From: Haliotis rufescens
Lineage: Eukaryota
Direction of reading: 5' to 3'
Length of the DNA: 64,000 nucleotides
Assembly: GCF_023055435.1 (NCBI RefSeq)
Contig: NW_025963902.1
Coordinates: 12,338,001 to 12,402,000, forward strand
Shown: positions 1-13,027 of the stretch, piece after piece
Layout: every line of letters begins with the position of its first letter
How positions within the stretch are numbered: the stretch's first letter is position 1
The notes under the pieces: generated by a model
Database searches by the model: none
What the model saw: only the letters and a program-made list of their open reading frames with translations
Told to the model about the DNA's origin: nothing
Position numbers and translations under genes: made by a program

Positions 1-240
1 GCAGAGTTGCGTCCCTTGGGCACGCCAGAATCCTATGATTGTGGGTTCGAATCCCGGTTCGCCCCGATTATGTTTCTAGGCTTGTCAGCACCATACCCGT
101 GCTCGTGGGTTTCACCGAAGTGGTAAACGTCTGAGACCTGCATCACTTCGGGCTTTCCTCCCACATTAAGCTGACACGCCACGACATAACTGGAATACTG
201 TTAAAAGCGGCGTTAAACCCAACTCACACACTCACTCACT
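1..240 (+). mobile_element. SINE family A (tRNA-derived, V-domain-like), cut by window edge
   Basis: B box GGTTCGAATCCC, CGTGGGTTTC...TTTCCTCCCACA core, tail GCGGCGTTAAAC plus (CACT)n; matches the full copy at 61357-61640. Confidence 0.9.
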
Positions 241-244
241 GTGC

Positions 245-400
245 AGACGCTCTATCCACTAGACCACGGGGGCGGTCTCGCAGTCAGACTCCAAGCAGGT
301 CTGTCCTTTTTTATCCCGTTAATGCCGAGCGCCAGGCAGGGTAAAAACAAGTACCATGTTTAACGTCATCTTGAAAGGCGCAGCTAGGTGATCAAACCAT
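245..400 (-). mobile_element. SINE family B fragments
   Basis: Pieces matching the family B head (ACTAGACCACGG..GGCGGTCTC) and core (TTAATGCCGAGCGCCAGGCAGGGTAA). Confidence 0.7.
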
Positions 401-429
401 GAACGCTCCAAAACGCCATGAAGGCAGTT

Positions 430-700
430 CGATGGCAACAAGAAAGCTGCCTCTGGAATTCTTGGAATTCATAACATTTACTTTTCGTGCGTCTACAACA
501 GTGAGTGGTCACTTCGTGCAAAACCACTGGTCATCAGTCAGAACCAGTGTACCTTCATGGTCGTTTCATCTCAACTGACCCGAGTGACATTCATATAGCG
601 TACAATACAAGTGGTAACGCTTGATCGTTAAACGCTCTGGTTGAGGAGTGGGCGTATTTCCATCAACCCAACAAGAACTATTTCCCTCTTTTGATAATCA
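430..700 (+). pseudogene. possible highly decayed Tc1 transposase debris
   Basis: Short translated pieces HWSSV and ALVEEW resemble Tc1 motifs; no open frame or TIR. Confidence 0.2.
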
Positions 701-1418
701 AAACATATGTTATATTTTGAATTCAAAACGTCCTATTGATGTAAAACAACGTGTTTCTGGTGTTTTCCGATTCGCACAAACGCACTTCGACATGCAAAAT
801 CGAACGCGAAGGTCATCGATTCTTCTCAACCTCCAATCTAATCTTGGTCTCCTTCAAGCCAGTAGTAGTTACATACACGAACTGCCAATTTGAACCGAAT
901 GTTCAGGAATAGTTAATCTTGTCAAAACATATAGAATTTCTAATGTAATCAATTTAAGGTTCCATATTCATATATAATTAAATTTCGATCTATCCAAAAA
1001 CTTCCTACGCATCTCATTCTATGACCATGGCGTAGACACACGACCAGCGATAGATCGCCATCCATCATTTCAGCTGCTTAATTATCTTTGAACTCGGCAG
1101 TAAGTTTATAATTCGGTGACATTTATACGTTGGTCGGTCTAAAGATATCACTGCAGGCTATCCATCTAGCGACTGACCGTGTCTAACGAGTGGTCAGATG
1201 TGAACGAGGTGCAAAGGAATCTTGTGGTCACTCGGAAGCCATTAAACCTTGTATGACTGCTGTTGGAGGATCAGGTTCGTCAATGTCCGTTCAACCTCAG
1301 TATGTATATAATACCTGCAGTGCCGACGAAGGCCCTTAATGGCCAACGCTCTACAACGTTATGCCATAAATCATGACTAGCTATATATAATGATTTAACA
1401 CAGGCACTACGGTTAAGG

Positions 1419-1775
1419 TGAGGTGAGGTGAAATGGGGTTTAACGTCGCGTCCAAGATTATTGCACTTGTAAAGCGACGTGCATGCACGTGCATGTGTGT
1501 GTGTGTGGCTGCTTGTACTAGTCCGGACTGATGCCAATTTATAGTGCTAGCACACTCAGATACCATGCCGCAGTTTAACATGAATACCCCACTCAGACCC
1601 AGTATACTGACTCCGAGCCGACCAGTCCTTGTTTTAGCCCCTTAATGCCGAGCGCCAGACAGGGTAACAACAAGTATCATCTTTTAACGTCTTTTGGTAT
1701 GAGGGATGGGGATCGAACCCCGGACCTTCCGCTCTCCGAGCGGACGCTCTACCATTAGACCACGGAGGCGGTCTT
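1419..1775 (-). mobile_element. SINE family B (tRNA head, Meta-like core), full length
   Basis: A/B boxes, CATACCAAAAGACGTTAAAAGATG core, (CACCT)n tail; TSD CTACGGTTAAGG at 1407-1418 and 1776-1787. Confidence 0.95.
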
Positions 1776-2174
1776 CTACGGTTAAGGGAATGCTATGACG
1801 TCCGCATGGTAACATTCGGTGCTCATGAATCATCCTATACAACGTAACCATGTGTAGTTAGTAACATGTGGTGACACACAAGAATAATATTTGTTCACAT
1901 GTATCGCACAGGAGAAGCAAACAAGGATCAAATCAGGTTATCAATAACACGTTATTGATTGAGTCTTTCAGTAGCCATGCGCCTATATACAACTATGATA
2001 GACGGCGTGGGCAATCTATGAATTCAGTTGGTCGGTGGGGAAACCAGGTGCTTAAAGCTTCGTAGTCCCAACAAAGGTACAACTAGTCTTGTCTCCCAGA
2101 CCCTGGAGAATAAATTATAAAAGAATCCCGCTCATACCTTCAATGGTTTGGCAAGTGAAGTAAGAATTGTTCTT

Positions 2175-2754
2175 NNNNNNNNNNNNNNNNNNNNNNNNNN
2201 NNNNNNNNNNNNNNNNNNNNNNNNNNNNNNNNNNNNNNNNNNNNNNNNNNNNNNNNNNNNNNNNNNNNNNNNNNNNNNNNNNNNNNNNNNNNNNNNNNNN
2301 NNNNNNNNNNNNNNNNNNNNNNNNNNNNNNNNNNNNNNNNNNNNNNNNNNNNNNNNNNNNNNNNNNNNNNNNNNNNNNNNNNNNNNNNNNNNNNNNNNNN
2401 NNNNNNNNNNNNNNNNNNNNNNNNNNNNNNNNNNNNNNNNNNNNNNNNNNNNNNNNNNNNNNNNNNNNNNNNNNNNNNNNNNNNNNNNNNNNNNNNNNNN
2501 NNNNNNNNNNNNNNNNNNNNNNNNNNNNNNNNNNNNNNNNNNNNNNNNNNNNNNNNNNNNNNNNNNNNNNNNNNNNNNNNNNNNNNNNNNNNNNNNNNNN
2601 NNNNNNNNNNNNNNNNNNNNNNNNNNNNNNNNNNNNNNNNNNNNNNNNNNNNNNNNNNNNNNNNNNNNNNNNNNNNNNNNNNNNNNNNNNNNNNNNNNNN
2701 NNNNNNNNNNNNNNNNNNNNNNNNNNNNNNNNNNNNNNNNNNNNNNNNNNNNNN
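2175..2754. other. assembly gap (580 N)
   Basis: Run of N. Confidence 1.
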
Positions 2755-2772
2755 TTTATGACTAAATTTTAT

Positions 2773-2945
2773 TTTTAATTCTTTGACTAAATGTTAGCCT
2801 AGGGTATGTTGTATAATATATATATTCTAAATAAGATTGTTTTAATTCTTTGACTAAATGTTAGCCTAGGGTATGTTGTATAATATATATACATATTCTA
2901 AATAAGATATTTTTAAATATGTGACTATATGTTAGCCTGGGGTAC
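2773..2945. repeat. short AT-rich tandem duplication flanking the gap
   Basis: TTTTAATTCTTTGACTAAATGTTAGCCTAGGGTATG repeated about 2.3 times. Confidence 0.8.
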
Positions 2946-3390
2946 AACGCATGAAGCCTGTTTCTCATCTTCCCACAGTCGTGTTACTGGGACTTTTACT
3001 AAAACCATACTCACTCACTCACTCACTCACCACGTGTCTGCCGTATCTTCTGAATCTCAAATGATGTTGTTGCTGCTGTTTGATGGATTGATGGGCAAAC
3101 ATGAGACAGATGGAGAGCTTGATTCGTTTTTCACGGCTTCATGTCAACTGTGCAACATGTGTTTAATTAACAGTAGTTGGTCGAACGTATGCAATTCCTT
3201 TCTCTATAATGATAATAAATATTTGATGTTATCACGTGAATACGTTCTGAGAAATAAATTATACTAACTGGATGACATTACATTATGTATCTGTTGATAT
3301 TATATGTATTCTAAATACTTTATCAGATTTCTATAAGGCCTTCGATAGTCTTCGTGGAGGGACGTTGGATTGTTAATCGCGAATTATATA

Positions 3391-3560
3391 GTGAGTGAGT
3401 TGGGTTTAACGCCGCTTTTAACAGTATTCCAGTTATATCACGGCGTGTCAGCTTAATGTGGGAGGAAAGCCCGAAGTGTTGCAGGTCTCAGATGTTTACC
3501 ACTACGGTGAAACCCACGAGCACGGGTATGGTGTTGACAAACCTGGAAACATAATCGGGG
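3391..3560 (-). mobile_element. SINE family A, head missing
   Basis: Near-identical to the 3' part of 61357-61640. Confidence 0.9.
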
Positions 3561-3772
3561 ACTTAGGACTTAGTATCTCCTACGTAGGACTTACTATCTC
3601 TTACGTAGGACTTAGTATGGCCTAGAATCACGACTTACTATCTAAAAAAAGAAAATTCACCGTGGCCCTACGTAGGACTTACTATCTCTTACGGAGGACT
3701 TAGTATGGCCTAGAATCACGACTTACTATCTCAAAATAAAAAAATCACCATGGCCCTACTACGCTTCCGTAG
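3561..3772. repeat. AGGACTTA(G/C)TAT tandem sub-repeats, probable non-autonomous DNA transposon end
   Basis: Repeated CGTAGGACTTAGTAT/ACTATCTC units ending TGGCCCTACTACGCTTCCGTAG; it abuts and truncates the SINE A copy. Confidence 0.5.
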
Positions 3773-3989
3773 AAAATCAGTGATGACACCAAGAATTCGC
3801 GAATACGTTAAACAATGCCTTGATCTGTCTCTACATCCATCTCACTATGTGTTGCATGACGAATACGCCTTTACTAATTCAACCCTTAAGCTTTGTTAAC
3901 ATGACGTAAAGCAGAAAAGCTGGACTCAATCTCCGTCGAATACACTCACCGCGAGTTTAAGCAAACAACTAATAATTAAATGACTGTGA

Positions 3990-4175
3990 TGAGGATGCTG
4001 CCGTTATCACAGTTAAGATCTCCATCCTTGCACACGGCCGTTTCATCCAGCTACACCCTGGAGTCATTGGGCACGGGAAACGGTTATGCTGGTTACGAGG
4101 GGATAGCGCATCACGGCTGGTTAAGTTTCCCATATGGTCAACCCTATCATCTGCCTCGCCCAAGGCAGGTGGTCA
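3990..4175 (+). pseudogene. possible decayed Tc1 transposase fragment
   Basis: GC-richer patch; RFIQLHPGV resembles PFLQQHPRT in the Tc1 at 52151-53638. Confidence 0.2.
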
Positions 4176-4250
4176 GCTATATACACAACACATGTAAACA
4201 GTAAACACGGTGGCATGCAGTTTATTGTTGTGAAATCATGTGATTGACGG

Positions 4251-4567
4251 GACCGCCTCCGCGGCCTGTTGGTAGAACGTCCGCCCGGAGAGCGGAAGAT
4301 CCGGGGTTCGATCCCCGGCCGCGTCATACTAAAAGACGTTAAAAGCTGGTACTTATTGTTAACCTGACCGACGCTCGGCATTAAGGACAAGGACTGGTCG
4401 GCTCGGAGTCAATATTCTGTGTCTGAGTGGGGTATTCAGTTTAAACTGCGGCAAGGTATCTCGGTTGGTTAGCACTATAAAATCGGCATTAGTCGGGTCT
4501 AGCACAAGCAGCCTACATACAAGTGCAATAATCTTGGAAGTGATGTTACATCCCATTTCACCTCACC
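4251..4567 (+). mobile_element. SINE family B, diverged
   Basis: Colinear with other B copies from head to CATTTCACCTCACC tail. Confidence 0.92.
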
Positions 4568-5194
4568 TGATATACCGACTGATAACACGGCGCTCGTTAC
4601 ACAGTACTGAATACAAAGCTATGAATCAAGAATAAAGAATTGCTATTGCACAGAGCACCCTATTAGGGCCGGGTAAAACCTAGCTATGTGTTGATAGAAT
4701 GTTCACAGGCGGAGCCAGGATCTAGAAAGATTTAAATTTGTAAATTTCCCGCTCTTTTACCCTTTTACAAAGTTTCATTCTGTTTAATTTATTCTCCTTT
4801 TCGCCCCGGATTTGTTACCACATATACAAGCCAAAATGTCCTTGTTATCCCTTACAAGCCTACGCGGTTCGAGTTTTCTAGGGCTTTGTCAGTTCTGTTA
4901 ACATAGAGCCTGGTTTTATATAGATGTCAGATGAAGAGAAGAGAAGAAAAGTAGAAATGAAAGAAAAGTAGAAGAGTGAGAAAGAGAGACGAGGGAGAGA
5001 TAAGTTTGATCACACATGTTATCCAGTTACGCAACGAACTGTTTGTCGCCAAACAATGTATGCCATTTCGAGAGTGTGTGGTCGTGTTTATTTACTTTCG
5101 TTTTAGTATTTAGTTAGATGTTATTTAACATACCATGGTCAAATGTAGAGCTGGACATTGCTAGTGAAATAAGTGTGAATACATGTACATATTA

Positions 5195-5460
5195 CATACT
5201 TATGTCTCGAATTTTATGGCTAATATAAGTACGTATGACATAAATATGTCACGAACAATAAGGCTAATACACGTAATATTGCATAATTATGTCACGTACT
5301 ATATATAAGGCTAATACACGTAATATTATAAGATTATGTCACGTACCATAAGGCTAATGCACGTACATATTACATATTATGTCACGTACTATAATGCTAA
5401 TACAAGTTCATGAACGTATGACATTGTTATGTCACGTATTAAAAGGCTAATACATGTATA
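5195..5460. repeat. degenerate ~45-bp tandem repeat
   Basis: TATGTCACGTAC..TAAGGCTAATACACGTA repeated 5-6 times. Confidence 0.75.
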
Positions 5461-5469
5461 GTTCACCTA

Positions 5470-6000
5470 TTGACGGAATACAAATGGATCTAACTGCATC
5501 GCACTTTCCCAGATCCTGTGGTAATACATACATTGATTCCTCTGGGAAAACCATCAATTGTTGAGAAATGAAAACCATTCCCCAAGGAGGGTACGTGTAT
5601 TTGCAATATTTCAAAATTCAATTGCATCAAATATTCAGGAACCTGGGGAAATGTATAATCAGCCTGATATCTCACAGGAATAAAATACCATTTCCATAAA
5701 AATAGCCTTCACTCAATATCAAAACGAGAGTATTCAATATTTGGGGCTTAAAACGAAACAAAAAATTCGAGCAAACAACGTTAATATTTAAACAGGTTTG
5801 CCACGTTCAATGGTTCCCTTTAGCAAGGAGTTTTACAAAAAATCATATTTACTTCAGCTGGTTCTGCTTATGAAGGTTTCATCGACTGTGATAACATTTC
5901 AATGAACATTTGACTTGGCCTTGCATGTGTTTATGACAGGATAAGGTGACGTTTTCGCGAACTCTTTATAATCAGTATTTGATTGTGATTCATAAACACA
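5470..6000 (+). mobile_element. decayed Penelope-like retroelement remnant
   Basis: Frameshifted GIxMGSNC-like motif near 5475; family 3' motif (with a deletion) at about 5900-5995. Confidence 0.55.
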
Positions 6001-6619
6001 TGCTTATGATATAGTTAAGTCGTACAATCGACTATGCTTTTGTTAGAGATTTCTCATGATTATGGAATGTTTTTTGTTGCTTTTATTTTCACGGCTGCCG
6101 TGCCAATCTGAAACGATGTTGTCACAGTGTCACTGGAGAACATGACAAACATGAAGCAGTTTCTACCATTCACTTGTCCATTAGATATATAACGTTCTGT
6201 CAACACACGCGGTTATTTGTAAAAAATATGAATTCATATTTGAAAACATAAAATTGTTTGCTAACATTCTTTTGATTTGACATGAAAACGATTCCCATTA
6301 CTACTGCAAATGGGATTATACATGTGTTTGTGCAAATCAATACGCTCTTTGTATTTTTTGTCTCATACATTTCGGTAACTGATTCAGTGCGTTATTTCAC
6401 AACTCTATCTTTATTTACATTAAAACAACGAAGGGTGATAAAAATATTAATTGATGATGATCATGTTGATGAATATGATAATAATATTTAGAATCATAAT
6501 AATAACGTCTGACACAAGTTTAGTACACCTGCATATTATTCAATATCATCGACTTCCACAAAAGTGCTATGAATTATGAATTGTGATATTGACGTTATCG
6601 ATTAAAATAATTAACAGTA

Positions 6620-6830
6620 TGAAGTTCTTGAGTTCATGAGTGAGTTCATAAGTGAGTGAGTTCTTGAGTTCTTGAGTTCTTGAGTTCTTGAGTTCTTGAG
6701 TGAGTTCTTGAGTGAGTTCTTGAGTTCTTGAGTGAGTGGGTTCTTGAGATTTTGAGTTCTTGAGTGAGTTCTTGAGTGAGTTATTGAGTGAGTGAGTTAT
6801 TGAGTGAGTGAGTGAGTTCTTGAGTGAGAT
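6620..6830. repeat. compound microsatellite (GAGTTCTT)n/(GAGT)n
   Basis: Directly visible. Confidence 0.95.
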
Positions 6831-7440
6831 TGGTTTAATGGATACGAAGAAAATAAACATCGGTATCACAGCAGTCGCCATGTACTGACAACGACACATT
6901 CGTCAGCAATATAAAGAATACCCCAAAAGGTCATGATGAATTAGAAGTGGATTGAAGGCATTGTAAGTACTAATCGATAGTCTGACATTTATGTACAAAA
7001 GTAACATAGTCTTTGATCTGTGAGATAATTCAGTATGTGCCCATCCATGTATGCGTGAACACATCTATGACGTGAAAAAAACGCATGGGCGTCAAACTGT
7101 GTGTGGCCCACTTTATTATGCTTTTTAAGACTTTGTAGGAATTAGTACCTAACAAACACTCCATATATCAGATAAAATCAAGCTATTAAACGTGGAAAAG
7201 CATTGAGTAATAGCTCTGGTTACTTCGATCCGGTAATTTCATTGTCTTGCTGTTTGAAGGAGCGAGTATAAAATACGCCCCGATTCCAGTTTCGTATTGC
7301 TGAGGCTTTTAATTGGGATCTGCAGGTAGCAATTCATTTTTTTTCAAACTATTTGTGGATCTTGGGTAATCTTGAAAGTTGCTTTCAACAGTTTGCATCA
7401 AATGAATTGTTCTTGGTTTTGTAAAAGTTTGCGCAGTCAC

Positions 7441-7506
7441 ATCAAGCTGACACACAGTGATATAATACTGTTCAAAGCGGCGTTTCCCAAACTCACGTTT
7501 TCACTC
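7441..7506 (+). mobile_element. SINE family A 3' tail fragment
   Basis: AAGCTGACAC...ATACTGTTCAAAGCGGCGTT. Confidence 0.6.
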
Positions 7507-8451
7507 GGTGTGACCCCAATAAGGGATGGCTAAAGGTAACCCTACAGCTTCATCTGATTGATGCATCACAATGATTGATGGAAGTATTAATGATAAAAGG
7601 TCACTCAAGGATATATAACAGCCCGTTTAAGCAAACAGAATACGTAGTGCACTCACGATTATCGGGAAGGGAATATTAACACATTTGAGACGACAGATCT
7701 AGACTTATCACACGCAACTAACCCTTATTAATGTGTCCAGAAATAAAATGTGTAATGCAATATTTCCAAAAATAGAATCATCAATAAATGTCCTTTATCC
7801 CGAATGTAAGTGAATCTTTAACATTGAACTACTCATGAAGGCAACTAGGTTCAGACAAATTAATGCAAATCTAGAAGTATATCAAACTTGCTAATTCATC
7901 TCTTGCTAAAGGGTCGTTATCGTAGCAAACCACACCGCTAAATCCGTTTGTAAAACTAGGACCTGTCTAGACAGTGTAGAACGGGAATGCACCTGGCGGT
8001 GCCAATTAATTTAATCAGATCATATGCTCGATAATAATCTTGAGATTATAATGGTCATGTGCGTATTGTTATAATGGTGTGTCAGACTTTCCTTGGGCCA
8101 GATAGAAGGTCTTCAGAGGTGTATCCTTCGACCTAGCTCTGAAATCGATAGTAAAGATTGGGTACAAGCCTGTTTGGTACTCACTTCGACCATTTAAAGA
8201 TCCACGTTTATTTGCTGAAACATCTTTCCTTTAATTAAGTCTACGGATAAGTGCACTTTGGTCATAGAAAATATACGACACTATTCTGTAATCAAACTGT
8301 TGTTTCATCAAACGCATATAGTATCGTAGAACGCCTTGCAGATAACCAGAAAACGTACCATTCAAATAAGGATTTATTTACAAGTATCACATTTTCCAAA
8401 CCATCGCTTACTTGCTAAAATTAAAAGTGTTCATACTGGACTCTTGGAGAA

Positions 8452-8848
8452 GTTTGTTGTTTTACGCCGCACTCAGCAATATTGCACTTCTGTAACGGTT
8501 GTATATAATCGAGCCTGGACCAGATAATCCAGTGATGGACATCATGGTCATGAGCATCGTAGCAAGGGGACACTCCATTGCATCTAGCTGAGAAGTTGTT
8601 TTATTTTTAATTTGACTTTACGTCCAGCAGTTGTTTTTTTCAACGACCGTCTTCCTGGTCTAGTGGACCGTGGACTTTGCCTTCTGCCCAGAGAGCTGAG
8701 GTTCGATCCCCTGCCCGCGTCGTACAAAATTGGGATACGATGAAATGCATCAACTAGGTTTAGCGAGCCTAACCACCAATCCCGTTAGTCACCTCTTACG
8801 AGAAGGATGGTTTGCAGAATACCAATTCTTACCCGGATCTTCACGGAT
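8452..8848 (-). mobile_element. SINE family C, interrupted by an insert containing a SINE B-like head (about 8645-8725)
   Basis: Tail at 8452-8555 and 5' module at 8728-8848 match 14543-14809. Confidence 0.8.
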
Positions 8849-10261
8849 GAGATGAATTCCTAACGGTATGTTATACATTGTACTTGTAATGCTATTAACA
8901 ATGATCACGTAAATCTTCCTTCGTCAAACAATTTGAGACCGTGTCAGTTTTAACATGACAAATTAATGCTTGATGGATTGAATGTTCGCCATACACCACC
9001 AAGAATTGAACCACATCACACTCATAGTCGACTAAGCACATATTGAATTTGGTGTGAAAATTCGACAAAAAATCCAAAAGCTGTGTACTATTTTATTCAA
9101 TTTTGTTATGTGATAATAATGCAGGAATCTCTCCGAAACTTGGATTGTATTGATCTCAAAGGCAATTTGTTATGTCTTCCTCTCTTTGGAAACCTAAATG
9201 CCGGGAAATAAATAACATATTTTATTTTGAGCGTCGCACCTAATCCACGCTCACTTGCCATTACAAAGATATCCCGCTGATTCTCCAAGCACTGTCTACC
9301 CAGACAACATAAACGTCTTCCTACTGCTCATCACCGAATCATAATCAGTCTATGCGCCAGTAATTCCATTTACCACATTCATCAGCCATCCATTTTCAGG
9401 AATCGTCTCGCAAAGAACGAGTTTCCACAAAACAAATTCACGGTTTATCTGCCAGTACCGATTAATTACATAGGTTCTCCTGAAAACACATCAATCAAGC
9501 CCCTTCGAGCCGTGAATTTGATTGAATTTACCAACAAAAAGACCGAAATGATAATAGGCAGGAGTGCTTAGGCTTCGCAGCGTCCTCGACTAGAAACTTG
9601 CGTTCTTGAACTAAAGGCTTCCTTTCATTCCAATTCGATAACGAATTTATGACAGATAACCATTACCAGGGCTGATCATTAAAGTGAGAGAGCCCTTTTT
9701 GTGCATATGTATCAGACAGCCCGGGCACGTTTGTTGCCGTTCGCTGCAACGTGGCTGTTGTCTTTGTCGCACGCTGGGTGCAAAAAGGTCACCCTCAATT
9801 AAGCTGATTATTTCGTCTCTACAAATTCGGTTCGAGGTTCCCTTTCACTTTCGAAATCCCTGAACATATTTGCAAACATGCTTCAATCCGTGCAAAAACA
9901 GTTCAAACTCTGAATGCATGTGACGATGTTTGTTTGGATCTATTTCTTAAAAAGGTTTGGAATGAGGAAGATGATTTTTTATACCTATTGATAAATTGAT
10001 TTTCAAAAGATCTTTTTTTAAGACTCTTTCTGGTCTGGTTGTAATAGAATGTGTTTCGAATTGTCTGTAAGGGAAAAAATACACTGTTCACTACAGAAAG
10101 TGGAATATACTTGTACAAGTTCGATGTGTTACTTTTTGAATTTACATGAAGCCTCTTAACAATATTCCGAAACAACCATCCAAGGGTCAATGAGTGAAGG
10201 ATGATGTCAAAAGGCTATCTTGGCTATGCATATGGTGCAGCCCTAGTCTGTTAGGGTTGGA

Positions 10262-10487
10262 GGTGAGGTGAGGTGAGGTGAGGTGAGGTGAGGTGAGGTG
10301 AGGTGAAATGGGGTCTAATATAACGTCGCGTCCAAGATTATTGCACTTATATAGCGACGTGCATGCACGTGTATGTGTGTGTGTGTGTGATTTTTAACGT
10401 CTTTTGGTATGACGCGGCTGGGGATCGAACCCCGGACCTTTCGCTCTCCGGGCGGACGCTCTACCATTAGGCCACGGAGGCGGTCAT
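10262..10487 (-). mobile_element. SINE family B with internal deletion and long (CACCT)n tail
   Basis: TSD TGTTAGGGTTGGA at 10249-10261 and 10488-10500. Confidence 0.93.
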
Positions 10488-10765
10488 TGTTAGGGTTGGA
10501 AGGGGATGGATAACGCAGATGTTCTTAGAAAAGTGCTTATGCCTACATCCACGGCATTATTTCTCCAATCAGCCATTCAGGTTCACATTGACACAACCAA
10601 AGAGCCGTTATGTAACACCGCTGTTTAACACCTTTTTACGACCTTTTACCTTTGATAATCGAGACTGGTTACTATCTGGCATTGATGTTCATATTGTAAC
10701 ATAACACCAAGTAAATATGGTATCTTGGTAAATAAAAGAAACTTTATTAAATCTGACATGGAATA

Positions 10766-10920
10766 CAGTCAACTACGGTTATAACGAACTCAAAGGGACC
10801 ACTTATGTGAGTTTGTTATAACCTTAGTTCGTAATAAGTACATATACAGCATATATACAAGAAATGGTCGCGACAAAAAACAGTTCGTTATATACCCGTC
10901 AGTTAGTTATATAACGAACA
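10766..10920. mobile_element. Tc1/mariner-type MITE, right end lost
   Basis: TA followed by CAGTCAACTACGGTTATAACGAAC; colinear with 25750-25923. Confidence 0.8.
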
Positions 10921-11324
10921 TGGGCAATTCTTAAGTGACACCAAGCTTCTGCAATATTTCACTTACGCGTATATTGAGTTGTCTGCAATATCAAAGTGCC
11001 GTCGTAGTTTACTGCAATATATCTGTCGATTCCAGGTCTGTCTGCAATATCTAAATGATCTCGAGTTTTCAATATCGAAGCGACGACAAGGATTTCGTCG
11101 ACTGTTGCCGTCGTGTACATTGTATGTCTGGTATATTTCTGCGACTTTGAGACTGTAATTCAATGACCTGGAGGTTCCCTGGGGTGAGGATATTGTGGTC
11201 TGAAGCAAGTAGCTAGACTAGTGGCTAACTTGTAGTCCGCCGTCGGAGTGAGAGGTCACACTAATGCCTGAAGCTGAGCGGTTCCTCAATTTGGCCCTTC
11301 CGTCTACCAGTAGCTATTGTCAAG

Positions 11325-11567
11325 GACACTGTCCCTGGTCTCGTGGTAGAGCGCCTGTCCAAAGGTCGGGAGGTCGGTGGTTCGATCCCCCGGTCGCGTC
11401 ATGCCACAAGACGTTATAAAACATGGTACTTGTTGTTACCCTGTCTGGCGTTTGGCATTAAAGGGATTACATAAGGACTGTTCGTCTCGGAGTCTGTATA
11501 CTGTGTGTGAATAGGCGTTTCCGTGTTAATCTGTGGTATGGTATTTCAGTTGGCCAGCGCTATAAAT
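11325..11567 (+). mobile_element. SINE family B, old, 3' truncated
   Basis: Diverged head and Meta-like core. Confidence 0.85.
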
Positions 11568-11599
11568 AAAAGCGACAAAACCCTTTCCAACTCGTATGA

Positions 11600-12300
11600 G
11601 TGATAATGAATCACTGATACAAGCTGTAATCGAAAAGGTGAGCGTATCCCGCTTCATCGGTGGCACCCGTCACAAACAACCGCAAAGGCAAGTCAATTGT
11701 TCGGAACAAACACGGGAACAAAAGGTACAAGTCAAAACAGGGAATTGCTTCGGACATCATTGTTTTCATTGATGGGGCAAATTATAAAACATTATCCATC
11801 AAATGTTTTGAAAGCTTTACTTGGGGCTTGAATGTTGTAACCCTGATAAAACAACATTTGAGCAAGAGGCTATTTGCAGTTTTCAAAATTGGTAGAAAGA
11901 GCATGCTCGATTGCATCTCAAAAGTTGTGAAATGCAGACACCAAATGCTGGTACTGATGCAGTATTGCTCAATATAAAGGGTATGCTGACCATTGGTAAG
12001 TCATTGATGGGGCAAATTACAAAACATTATCTATCAAACGTTTTGAAAGCTTTACTTGGGGCTTGAATGTTGTAACTCTGATCAAAAAACCTCTGAGCAA
12101 GAGGCTATTTGCAATTTTGGTAGAAAGAGCATGTTCGATTGCATCTCAAAAATTGTGAAATGCAGACACCAAAGGCTCGTACTGATGCAGTATTGCTCAA
12201 TATAAAGGGTATGTTGACCATTGGTAAGTTAAATTTACCCCTCTTGTCAAACAGTCGCGTGGATATTTCTGTGTCACCCTGATCATGAATCATAATGCAA
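11600..12300 (-). mobile_element. Penelope-like (Naiad-type) RT 3' remnant with an internal ~234-bp tandem duplication
   Basis: TRLFDKRGKFNLPMVNIPFILSN...AFGVCISQFLR resembles the PLE RT thumb; 11767-12000 is repeated from 12001; 3' motif at 11600-11760. Confidence 0.8.
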
Positions 12301-12418
12301 TGATCTAAATGTGGAATATACGTTTCAGTGGTCTCTTTTCGTCCCTGGTGAAATCAGCGGAAGGGAATTGTTTATTGTACCATTATTCAACATTATATTT
12401 TCATTTATATGACTGAAG

Positions 12419-12579
12419 TGAGTGAGTAGGGTTTTACGCCGCTTTAAGCAATATTCCAGCAATATCACGGCGGGGGACACCAGAAATGGGCTTCAAACAT
12501 TGTACCCATGTCGGGAATCGAACCCGGGTCTTCGGCGTGACGAGAGAACGCTTTAACCACTAGGCTACCCGACCGCCCC
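12419..12579 (-). mobile_element. SINE family E (short, tRNA-Asp-like head)
   Basis: A/B boxes, GTCACGCCGAAGACCCGGGTTCGATTCCC; TSD TATAT(G/A)ACTGAAG. Confidence 0.93.
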
Positions 12580-12728
12580 TATATAACTGAAGCTTAACAT
12601 AAAACCTTGTTTTGATTTTGCCAAACCTAAATTTGGACTCAGATCAGAAACAAATCAGCACAGGGGAGCACAGTTGGTGCCCATGGGGATGCACACTTCA
12701 AGCCTAAATGTTTTTTTCACATAGATGT

Positions 12729-12870
12729 GGGGCGGTGGGTTAGCCCAGTGGTTAAAGCGTTCCCCCGTCACGCCGAAGGCCCCGGTTCGAATTCCATTTC
12801 TGGTGTTCTCTGCCGTGATATTGCTGGAATATTGCTAAACGCGGCATAAAACAATACTCACCCACTCACC
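12729..12870 (+). mobile_element. SINE family E with small internal deletion
   Basis: TSD CACAT(A/T)GATGT at 12718-12728 and 12871-12881. Confidence 0.9.
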
Positions 12871-13027
12871 CACATTGATGTCATCAACGAGAAAGCCCAG
12901 CGTTTCACAAATTGTTTTCTCACTAAACTACATATGGCATTTGCTTTCATTTTTGACAAATTGTCTTGTGACAAACTTTTCAGACAAATCTAATGATACA
13001 CAAAGGCTCCTGGACATTGGTGCTACA

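Noticed and set aside
2148-2778. Two ORFs of about 200 aa
   Set aside because: Artefacts of the N gap.
6567-6899. 110-aa ORF
   Set aside because: Microsatellite translation.
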